From contig CAVOXA010000014.1 in the NCBI GenBank assembly GCA_963700285.1, positions 224,001-288,000 on the forward strand: a DNA stretch of 64,000 nucleotides, written 5' to 3'. Positions 19,905 through 27,328 of the stretch are shown one piece after another (the stretch's first letter is position 1; every line of letters begins with the position of its first letter). A model generated the notes under the pieces. That model was given only the letters and a program-made list of their open reading frames with translations. It was not told the DNA's origin and ran no database searches. Source of the stretch: an uncultured Chloroflexia bacterium. Lineage in GTDB: Bacteria; Chloroflexota; Anaerolineae; JAAYZQ01. Both the position numbers and the translations under genes were made by a program.

Positions 19905-20387
19905 CTATTGGCTCAACTGGTTCAGCCGGCGGCCTACTTCTTCCAGTTGCTGCTGGAGCATCTCGGCTTCCTCGCGCAGCCGGCCCGCATCGTCCTGTTC
20001 GTACTCGCCTTCGGACGGCAGATGCCCATGCTTCTGGCTCTCCACGCATGGCTCTGCGCCCTGGAGCTGGCCGCCCAGGTAACGCTCCAACGACTGGCTC
20101 ACTGTCCCATAGGCCCCGGTGACACCATCGATCCCATACTGCTGGAAGAACATGATGGCCCGGCCGCCCATGCCGCCGGTGAGCATCACGTTCGCCCCCA
20201 GGCCGTTGATGAACCCCGGAACCTGGCCCGGCTGGTGCTGCCCATAGAAGGGGTTGTCCACTTCACGAACTCCGATGACGTCCTGGTCCTGCAAATCCAC
20301 CAGGATGAAATGGGGACAGCGCCCAAAGTGGGGGCTGACGACGCTGTCCAGGCCATTCTTGTTGTCGGCTGAAACGGCAATACGCAC
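19905..20387 (-). CDS. NifB/NifX-family (IPR003731) protein with a C-terminal coiled coil
   Basis: MRIAVSAD, VSPHFGRCPHFILVD, LTGGMGGRA. Confidence 0.88.
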   Translation of the reverse strand: MRIAVSADNKNGLDSVVSPHFGRCPHFILVDLQDQDVIGVREVDNPFYGQHQPGQVPGFINGLGANVMLTGGMGGRAIMFFQQYGIDGVTGAYGTVSQSLERYLGGQLQGAEPCVESQKHGHLPSEGEYEQDDAGRLREEAEMLQQQLEEVGRRLNQLSQ

Positions 20388-20390
20388 CGG

Positions 20391-20945
20391 CTAACCCTCC
20401 TTCTCCAGTTTGTCGATCTTTTCCATTGTCTCGGCCAGTTGCTGGCGCAGGCCCTTGAGCGTTTCGCGCAGCTCGTCCATTTCCGATCCGCTGGCAGCCT
20501 GAGGCTCCGGCTGAATCGGTGCGGATTGCTGCATCCCACGGCCCATGCCCGCTCCACGCCGGCCCCCCATGCCGCGCCCCATGCCCATTCCTGCGTGGCC
20601 GGCCACATTGGCCCCGGCCATCGGCCGGAGTTGGCCTGCCCGGTAGGCTTCCACGGCCTGGCGAACTGTTCCCTCCCCGACCAGGTATCCCGGCACGCCA
20701 GCGGCCTGCAGTACCTCAAAGGCATTCGGCCCCAGGTTGCCGGTCAGTACGGCCTGGGCGCCCTGGTTTACTACGAATTGGGCGGCCTGAATGCCCGCCC
20801 CGCCACCCTGATTCATGGCCGGGTTGGGAACCGCTTCGAACTCGAGCGTCTCGGTATCCACAAACACGTAGGTCGGACACCGGCCAAAGACCGGGCTCGC
20901 CGGTGCATCCAGGTTCTCGCCTTGCGCAGATACTACAATCTTCAT
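20391..20945 (-). CDS. NifB/NifX-family (IPR003731) protein with Gly/Met/Arg-rich tail and coiled coil (IssA/SipA-like architecture)
   Basis: FGRCPTYVFVD, GGGAGIQAAQ, VLTGNLGPNA, then GMGMGRGMGGRRGAGMGRGM and a helical tail. Confidence 0.88.
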   Translation of the reverse strand: MKIVVSAQGENLDAPASPVFGRCPTYVFVDTETLEFEAVPNPAMNQGGGAGIQAAQFVVNQGAQAVLTGNLGPNAFEVLQAAGVPGYLVGEGTVRQAVEAYRAGQLRPMAGANVAGHAGMGMGRGMGGRRGAGMGRGMQQSAPIQPEPQAASGSEMDELRETLKGLRQQLAETMEKIDKLEKEG

Positions 20946-21160
20946 CTTTGGAATCTCCTATCCGCCGGCTTGATCCGCCGGTGTCATCTGATAGTGGTGG
21001 TTCCCCCATGGCGGGTACCTGCCATCGTTCGGCTGAGGACTTTGGGGCTCGGTCCAACCGCTGGGATCCATCTACCCCCGGGCAGATGGGGAAAGCGGGG
21101 AGCGGAGCGTAGGCGGCTACGTCAGGTGTCCCGCCCCGGCGCCCTCCCCAGCATACTGCC

Positions 21161-21562
21161 TTATTCCTGGACCAACTCGTCCATCCGTTGGCTGATGGCG
21201 TCGAGATGGTCCTTCAGCCACTGTGCTTCATCCCTGAGCATCTCAAGCTCTTGCTCCTGCGATGGAGGTTCATAGGAAACCCCATAGGGGCCCCTATAAG
21301 CCACAGCCGGGGGTGGCCCCCACCGCGCCCAACGCGGCGGACCGGCGTCGTAAACCTGATGCCGCCAGCCCCAGGCCCCACCACGTCCCGCGCCGTAGCC
21401 GACCCAACGTCGGCCATACATCCCAGCACCGCCTCGTCCGAAAAACCTTCGACCTGGCCCCGGATTAGCCCAGCCGGGTGCGTCGTAGCCGCCACAGTAG
21501 CCCACGCCCCGGCCCGTCCCTGGTCCCATGCCTGACGGACCCGTACCGTCTCCTGCTGGCAT
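21161..21562 (-). CDS. DUF5320-family Gly/Arg-rich protein
   Basis: MPAGDGTGPSGMGPGTGRGVGYC, G/R/W-rich middle, ELEMLRDEAQWLK...ISQRMDEL. Confidence 0.85.
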   Translation of the reverse strand: MPAGDGTGPSGMGPGTGRGVGYCGGYDAPGWANPGPGRRFFGRGGAGMYGRRWVGYGAGRGGAWGWRHQVYDAGPPRWARWGPPPAVAYRGPYGVSYEPPSQEQELEMLRDEAQWLKDHLDAISQRMDELVQE

Positions 21563-21602
21563 TCTGCTCACCTCCCTTCTTTCACGAATTCGATATCTCT
21601 AC

Positions 21603-21776
21603 CTAGTTTACCTCGATGATAGCGTCCTCAGGGCACTCGTCAAAACAGATTCCGCATTCCAGGCATTCTTCCGGGTCGATGAAGGCATGGCCATCGACCA
21701 TCGAGATCCCCTCGTTGGGACATACATCCACGCAGGTCTCACAGCCGCTACACTTTTCAATGTCCACCTGATACAT
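21603..21776 (-). CDS. 2x[4Fe-4S] ferredoxin, 57 aa (absent from the ORF track)
   Basis: Manual translation MYQVDIEKCSGCETCVDVCPNEGISMVDGHAFIDPEECLECGICFDECPEDAIIEVN*; RBS AGGAGAG. Confidence 0.9.
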   Translation of the reverse strand: MYQVDIEKCSGCETCVDVCPNEGISMVDGHAFIDPEECLECGICFDECPEDAIIEVN

Positions 21777-21954
21777 CTTGTACTCTCCTCTATGGGTCTT
21801 GTCCGGCCACGACCAACCCGGTCTCTATTGGCCGGCATGCATCTGCATGAAACTCGACGCTTGCGCCTGCGGCGTCCGCTTGGCCAGTTCCCGCGCAATG
21901 GGCGCAAAGGCCCTGGCAGGGTACTCTTGTATCTCCCCCTGTTCAATCCGTCCT

Positions 21955-22353
21955 TCAGGACACCCGCCGGTGCACGGTCATGTGCAGGTCGTACACTTTT
22001 AGGAAGTCGTGGAGCATCCGGTCGGTCTCCCTGAGATCATCTACCCACCAGGCCAGGTAGCCGTCGCCCTTCTCCGTGATCTGGTACAGGCGGCGGGCCG
22101 GACCGGCGCTGCCGGTATCCCAGCGTGAAGTGACAAGACCCCGATCTTCCAGGCTACGCAGAAGGCGGTAGACCGTGCTCGAGTCGGCCGGATTCTGCTC
22201 AAAGCCAAACTGCTTCAGGCCCTCCAGGAGCTCGTAGCCGTGAGCCTCACTATCGTGTAGCAGCATCAGCAGACACGGCTCTACAAAGCGGTGTATGCGC
22301 CTCGGGCAGGCTTCCTGCGACTGCCCGTCTCGCCAGCGGCGACCAGAGCGCAT
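21955..22353 (-). CDS. PadR-family transcriptional regulator
   Basis: EPCLLMLL..EAHGYEL, STVYRLLRSLE..GLVTSRW, GPARRLYQITEKG. Confidence 0.9.
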   Translation of the reverse strand: MRSGRRWRDGQSQEACPRRIHRFVEPCLLMLLHDSEAHGYELLEGLKQFGFEQNPADSSTVYRLLRSLEDRGLVTSRWDTGSAGPARRLYQITEKGDGYLAWWVDDLRETDRMLHDFLKVYDLHMTVHRRVS

Positions 22354-22377
22354 CCGTACCTACCTTTACTTGTCATC

Positions 22378-22396
22378 TATGTGCACGATGCACATA
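22378..22396. promoter_or_regulatory. Perfect 8-3-8 palindrome, candidate PadR operator
   Basis: TATGTGCA-CGA-TGCACATA just downstream of the -10 box. Confidence 0.6.
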
Positions 22397-22407
22397 ACTG
22401 TCTTAGT

Positions 22408-22466
22408 ATGATACCCTACGGTCCATTCGTTGTCATCAGAGGGATGATTGATCTTGTATTCCACAA
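22408..22466 (-). promoter_or_regulatory. Promoter with the shared island motif (copy 3), heading the PadR-NifX operon
   Basis: Minus strand ATGACA-17-TATCAT; plus-strand text TGTCATC-AGAGG-GATGATT-GATCTTGTATTCCACAA. Confidence 0.72.
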
Positions 22467-22638
22467 ACTGAGAGCGCTAAAGGCCGGTCTTTCTCCACAT
22501 TTGCTGATGGCCCCTGCGCAAAAGTCGTAGGCACAAAGATAAGGATTTGAAGTCGAGCAAGACGCGTGTCTGGTGCTTTGTTCTTTGCTTTCACCCTGTG
22601 CGTAGGATGGAGCGGCCATCCGTGATCCAGATGGCTCA

Positions 22639-22697
22639 GTGGTATCTCTGGTCTTGCGGGTTATCATCAGAGTGATGACGGATCTTTGCCTCAACAA
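22639..22697 (-). promoter_or_regulatory. Shared island motif (copy 4) with a weak -10 box
   Basis: Minus strand ATGATA-17-TACCAC; plus-strand text TATCATC-AGAGT-GATGACG-GATCTTTGCCTCAACAA. Confidence 0.6.
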
Positions 22698-22722
22698 AAA
22701 GACCGCCCTGAGGCGGTCTTTT
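22696..22722 (-). terminator. Intrinsic terminator downstream of the NarL-type regulator gene
   Basis: AAAAAGACCGCC-CTGA-GGCGGTCTTTT: GC stem with T-runs on both strands. Confidence 0.7.
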
Positions 22723-22741
22723 GGCATTCGCGGATTCAGCA

Positions 22742-22823
22742 TACTAGAGGACTCGTAGGCGTTCCGATGGTACGCTGGGGCCTACTAGAGGATTCGTAGG
22801 CCTTTTTTTGATGCGCTGGGGCC
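22742..22823. repeat. Two tandem 41-bp imperfect direct repeats
   Basis: TACTAGAGGACTCGTAGGCGTTCCGATGGTACGCTGGGGCC and TACTAGAGGATTCGTAGGCCTTTTTTTGATGCGCTGGGGCC, 33/41 identical by manual count. Confidence 0.8.
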
Positions 22824-22834
22824 ACTCGCTAAAG

Positions 22835-23507
22835 CTACTCGCTCCCTAGACTGTCATCCAGCGAAGTGATTCCTTCCTGCAAGGCGTACAACGTCGCCTG
22901 CACCCGGTTCGCCAGGTGCAGTTTGCCGAGAATGTTGCTGACGTGGGTACGTACGGTTGCCTCGGTGACCACCAACTGCCGGGCAATCTCAGGATTGCTC
23001 AGTCCCTTTCGCTACCAGGCGCAGGACCTCCATCTCCCGATCGGTAAGCGGATCGGGCGTCGGCGGACGCGCAGGCGGATGTCTCAGTTCCTTGAGTACC
23101 TTCTGAGCGATGCTCGGTTGCAACGAGGGTTCACCGCGGTAGACCTGTTGGATGGCTTCAACTAGATCTGCCGGTTCAGAATCCTTGAGGAGATAGCCCA
23201 GGGCCCCGGACTTGATGGCAGGAAGGACTTTGTCGTCGCCGGCAAAGCTGGTCAGAACCAGGATGCGCGACTCGGGATTGTGTTCCGTGATCTGACGGGT
23301 GGCTTCGATGCCGTCCAGGCCGGGCATCACCAGATCCATCAGGACCACGTCAGGGTTCAGCGCTTGCGCTTGGGCCAGGGCCTCATGCCCATCGCTGGCC
23401 TCCCCCACCACCTCTATGTCCTCGAACTCTGCCAGCAGCGCCTGGATGCCCCTGCGGACGATGGCATGGTCGTCCACAATCAGTACCCGGATGGCTGGTT
23501 GATCCAT
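22835..23507 (-). CDS. NarL/LuxR-family response regulator (frameshift near 23005)
   Basis: IRVLIVDDHAIVRRG, DVVLMDLVMP, GYLLKD, LTDREMEVLRLVAKG. Continues in another frame as LSNPEIARQLVVTEATVRTHVSNILGKLHLANRVQATLYA. Confidence 0.9.
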
Positions 23508-23589
23508 TGCTGCTACCTCCCCTGGCACGGCGTTGGCAACCGAGGCTTCGAGACTCGCATAAAGATGTATCGCAGATCCTCAGCCCCAA

Positions 23590-25074
23590 TCACGAATCCA
23601 AGCTCTCGATGCCCATATCCCGCACCTCTACCCTCAGCGTCGTCCCCTCATCCGGGGCGCTCTCGATGGCGAACGAGCCGTGGATCCGCTCCACCCGCTG
23701 TTTTATCCCGAGCAACCCCATTCCACCGCTTCGCAGGGCCATAGCGGGGTCAAATCCGACCCCGTCATCCGTGACTTTCAGGCAGACACCCTCACCCTCA
23801 AACTTCAAGTCGACTACCACCTGGCCGGCGCCGGCGTGCTTGAGCACATTGTTGAGGGCCTCCAGGGCAATGCGGAAAAGCTCCTCCTCTACCAGCATCG
23901 GCAAGCGCCGCTCGCCCTCCACACGTATCTCGGTCTGCAGCCGCGCGCGGCTTTCCACGGAAGCCAATCTTGCTTGCAGGGCGGCAATTAGCCCCTCTTC
24001 TTCCAGCACGGGGGGATGCAACTCAAAGATGAGCATCCGCATGTCAACCATCGCCTCGCGGGCCATGTTGTGCAGTTCTTGCACGTTCTCAGCCGCCACT
24101 TGTGGCTTCTCGGCCAACAGCGCCAGACGGGTGGCCTCGGCATAGAGGGTCACACTATACAGCGCCTGGGTCACAGAGTCGTGCAGTTCCCGCGCCAGAC
24201 GGCTGCGCTCGGCAGCTACGGCCTGTTCTCTGGCCTGCTCTTCAAGCGCCTCCTCAGCCCGCCTGCGCTCGGTGATGTCACGATTGCTGCCGCGCCTGCC
24301 CAGGTAGTTCCCGTTGGATCCATATACCGGCTGGCAAACGTGCTCAAGCCAGCGCTCGTCGCCGCCGCGGGTGATGATGCGGAAACCCATAGGATGGACT
24401 GCACTGCCTTCTGCCGGTTCCTCGCGAAGGTGCTCCACCACGATGGCGCGGTCGTCAGGATGGGTGATGGTCTCCAGCAGCCTGGGATCCTCTTGAAACT
24501 CCTCGGAGCGGTATCCGGTGATGCGCTCGCACGACGGCGAAACGTACAAATAGCCGCCGTCCGGGTCCACCCAATACTCCCAGTCGTAGGTGAAATCGGC
24601 CACGGTGCGGAACCGTTCTGCGCTCTCCTTCAGCTCGGTTTCCATGGCCTCGGCATATAGGTGCCCAAAGCGGCCAAGCATGACCCGGAGATAGGCATCC
24701 AAAGCCATCTCTGCTTCGCCTAGGTCTGCAGAGCCAGGCGGGCATGCTTGCCGGATAACCGGGAGTACGGCCGGCCTGAACAGCAGCAGTCCCTCGGTCA
24801 CGTCGGAGATATCAAAACCCATCCGCATGCGGGTGAGCGAGATGTCTTTCAGGTGGGTCTCCATTGGCCCATATGAACCGGTCGACAGCGTCTCGACGGC
24901 GGCCAGGACCCCACGCGACAGCCACGTGCGTATCTCGGCGACTGAATACGCGGCATACCGGGTGCCGGGCAGGTTGTGGGCCATGTCTGCCCACGCGGTC
25001 GCGATATCATCCTGGTACCGAGCAAGGAGCGCAGCAAGCTGCGGTGCCCTGGGCGCGTGTCGAGTCATCGTCAT
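23590..25074 (-). CDS. Cytoplasmic sensor histidine kinase: RsbRD_N-like helical domain + PAS + HisKA_3/HATPase
   Basis: ERSRLARELHDSVTQ (HisKA_3), EALNNVLKHA, DDGVGFD, GMGLLG; PAS YVSPSCERITGY...HPDD; no transmembrane helix. Confidence 0.88.
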   Translation of the reverse strand: MTMTRHAPRAPQLAALLARYQDDIATAWADMAHNLPGTRYAAYSVAEIRTWLSRGVLAAVETLSTGSYGPMETHLKDISLTRMRMGFDISDVTEGLLLFRPAVLPVIRQACPPGSADLGEAEMALDAYLRVMLGRFGHLYAEAMETELKESAERFRTVADFTYDWEYWVDPDGGYLYVSPSCERITGYRSEEFQEDPRLLETITHPDDRAIVVEHLREEPAEGSAVHPMGFRIITRGGDERWLEHVCQPVYGSNGNYLGRRGSNRDITERRRAEEALEEQAREQAVAAERSRLARELHDSVTQALYSVTLYAEATRLALLAEKPQVAAENVQELHNMAREAMVDMRMLIFELHPPVLEEEGLIAALQARLASVESRARLQTEIRVEGERRLPMLVEEELFRIALEALNNVLKHAGAGQVVVDLKFEGEGVCLKVTDDGVGFDPAMALRSGGMGLLGIKQRVERIHGSFAIESAPDEGTTLRVEVRDMGIESLDS

Positions 25075-25104
25075 CCTTTGCGCACAACATGACCTTGTGC
25101 TTTC

Positions 25105-25133
25105 ATTCTACCACGCCATGATCGGCCTGTCAA
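25105..25133 (-). promoter_or_regulatory. Sigma70-type promoter of the kinase-regulator pair
   Basis: TTGACA-17-TAGAAT on the minus strand. Confidence 0.7.
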
Positions 25134-25297
25134 AGGCGGACGCAGGTACACCGGCGATCTGGCTCTGGCTAGCGGCCGTCGCTGGAGAATGTCGAGCGCT
25201 GCTGTGGGACACGGATTGGCGGGATTGACGGAGCTGGGCCGCGGGGGTTGGTACGCGGATCGGCGGCATTGACGAATTTGGACCTCGTCACGGATCT

Positions 25298-25332
25298 AGG
25301 CCTCGGAGGTCGAAGCCAGACCTCAGAGGTCT
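25298..25332. repeat. REP-like palindromic element (same family as 2835 and 4603)
   Basis: AGGCCTCGGAGGTC-GAAGCCA-GACCTCAGAGGTCT. Confidence 0.65.
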
Positions 25333-25364
25333 TTGCACAGTCTGGCGATGCGTGCAGTGGTATA

Positions 25365-25850
25365 CTACTCAATCAGCGGACGTCCACCCAGTTGGTCAAA
25401 TTGGCGCAGCAACACGGCCAGGTGGATGATGAGAAGGGCCGTCAGGATCTGGGCCACGGCATCCAGCCAGCCCACAGGTAGGACCTCTCCGGCCATGGGT
25501 CCGAAGAAGGGGATACCGACCGTGCGCGTAGCGACCCATAGGGCTATAGCAAGGGCGCTGCCGGCGATACCCGCCCAGAGCCAGGCTCGCTTGGGTTCGC
25601 CGACGGCCAGGACCATGGAGTACATGACTTGTAGCACGGCGACGAGAATAAAGAACACGCCATAACCCAGCCATTGGTCAAAGTAGAGCGGTGTGGCCAG
25701 GACATGGATCAGGCCCAGTGACGCAGCCAGGATGATGGCCCGGATCAGCCAGGTACGGGGCTTCAAGTGTGCACTGATCATCTCATCCATTTTGGGCTCC
25801 AGGGAACTGGTCCCGTTGGTACTGGGCTCGATGGGCATTGTCTCGCTCAT
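25365..25850 (-). CDS. Hypothetical 4-TM membrane protein
   Basis: Four hydrophobic segments, GLIHV..TP.YF.QW.GYG.FF, TRTVGIPFFGP. An identical GGAGCCCAAAATG gives an alternative start at 25790. Confidence 0.7.
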   Translation of the reverse strand: MSETMPIEPSTNGTSSLEPKMDEMISAHLKPRTWLIRAIILAASLGLIHVLATPLYFDQWLGYGVFFILVAVLQVMYSMVLAVGEPKRAWLWAGIAGSALAIALWVATRTVGIPFFGPMAGEVLPVGWLDAVAQILTALLIIHLAVLLRQFDQLGGRPLIE

Positions 25851-26212
25851 TTTGGGCTCCTTTAAGATAGTCTGTGACCACACAGCGGACTGCTCAAGGC
25901 CTGCTTTGTGTTTGCGCCATGTTGAACCTCCGGCCAATGGGAGGAAGATCGCCCTTCACTCTGCTGCACGGAGGAAGCACTCCTCCACCTACTCTCCAGA
26001 CGATCCTAGCGCGGGATTTCTTACCTCAATTGCCCCATTTCGCCCTCGGCCTGGCATACGAGAAGCAGGAGTATTACTGCGTACCTGATCGTGCGCTAGT
26101 ATTGCTGTAGGAAAGCATAGGCAGGCAGATGGAAGTCTGGATTCAGTTGACAGGGCCAGGCAGCTATGACATAATGCTCCTGCTTGGACCCAATCGCTTT
26201 GAAGGAGGAGCC

Positions 26213-27187
26213 ATGAGCATCATCGATAGACTCCTGAGATCGGCTGAAGCGTCGGTGCGGCTCAGGATGCAGCTTGGCGTCCTGGGCCGCGACCCAAACA
26301 CGACCGAGATCGGCGCGCTGCGGGAGGAGGTTCGCAGCTCGGACCGGGTACGGACCCTACTCTCCGGACGGGACGCAGAGGGCCGGATTCCAGGCTCCGT
26401 GTATAGCAAGTGGACCGGCGCCCACTGGGTCCTGGCTGCCCTGGCCGACTTGGGCTACCCGCCAGGCGACGAGTCGCTGGTTCCACTGCGGGAACAGGAG
26501 ATGGACTGGCTGCTGGGCGAAAGGCACCAGCAGCGGATCCGGAGCATCTCGGGCCGGGTGCGCCGCTGTGCCTCGCAGGAAGGGAACGCGCTGTACGCCC
26601 TGCTGGCCCTGGGCCTGGCCGATGAACGCGCGGTTGAGCTAGCCCGGCGGCTGGCCGGCTGGCAATGGCCCGACGGCGGCTGGAACTGCGACAAGAACCC
26701 GGCAGCCGTCCACTCGTCGTTCATGGAGAGCCTGATCCCGCTGCGAGGGCTAGCGCTGCACGCCCAGGTCACCGGCAGCCTGGCCTCAAAGGAGGCAGCA
26801 GACCGCGCGGCCGAGGTTTTTCTCAAGCGCAGGCTATACCGGCGGCAGTCGGACGGGAGCGTCATCCACCCCGGCTTTGTGCGGCTGCACTACCCCTGCT
26901 ACTGGCACTATGACATTCTGTTTGGGCTCAAAGTCCTGGCCGAGGGCGGCTACATCGACGACGAACGATGCCGGGATGCCCTGGACCTGCTGGAATCGAA
27001 ACGCCTGCTGGACGGGGGCTTTCCGGCGGAGAACAAGTACTACCAGGCCGGTAGCGGGGCTCGCAGCGGGCGGTCGCTGGTCGACTGGGGCGGCACAAGC
27101 AAACGGCACCTGAATGAATGGGTGACAGCGGACGCGCTCTATGTGCTGCAGGCGGCCGGTCGCCTGGACAGCGCGCCGTCGCCGTGA
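26213..27187 (+). CDS. Conserved protein with prenyltransferase/squalene-cyclase-like QW repeats
   Basis: YSKWTGAHWVL, WQWPDGGWNC, LHYPCYWHYDIL, KRLLDGGFP; RBS GAAGGAGG. Confidence 0.7.
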   Translation: MSIIDRLLRSAEASVRLRMQLGVLGRDPNTTEIGALREEVRSSDRVRTLLSGRDAEGRIPGSVYSKWTGAHWVLAALADLGYPPGDESLVPLREQEMDWLLGERHQQRIRSISGRVRRCASQEGNALYALLALGLADERAVELARRLAGWQWPDGGWNCDKNPAAVHSSFMESLIPLRGLALHAQVTGSLASKEAADRAAEVFLKRRLYRRQSDGSVIHPGFVRLHYPCYWHYDILFGLKVLAEGGYIDDERCRDALDLLESKRLLDGGFPAENKYYQAGSGARSGRSLVDWGGTSKRHLNEWVTADALYVLQAAGRLDSAPSP

Positions 27188-27328
27188 CTGGAAGCAGGCC
27201 GGATTCTCAGCGGACTGCAACTTGATGGGGCACTGCTACATAGCCCAAACTCTTGGAAAAAGTACGCCCAAATTACCGACCCAGAGGCGCGGCGAAACCT
27301 GCGCTTGCCGCGCCTGGGATCGCAGCCA

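Noticed and set aside
18287-20945. Nitrogen fixation cluster suggested by NifB/NifX and NifU-like domains
   Set aside because: No nifH, nifD, nifK, nifE or nifN; these domains are widespread in non-diazotrophic anaerobes.
22742-22823. Possible mini-CRISPR array
   Set aside because: Only two units, the variable part is ~12 bp and partly conserved, and there are no cas genes or leader.
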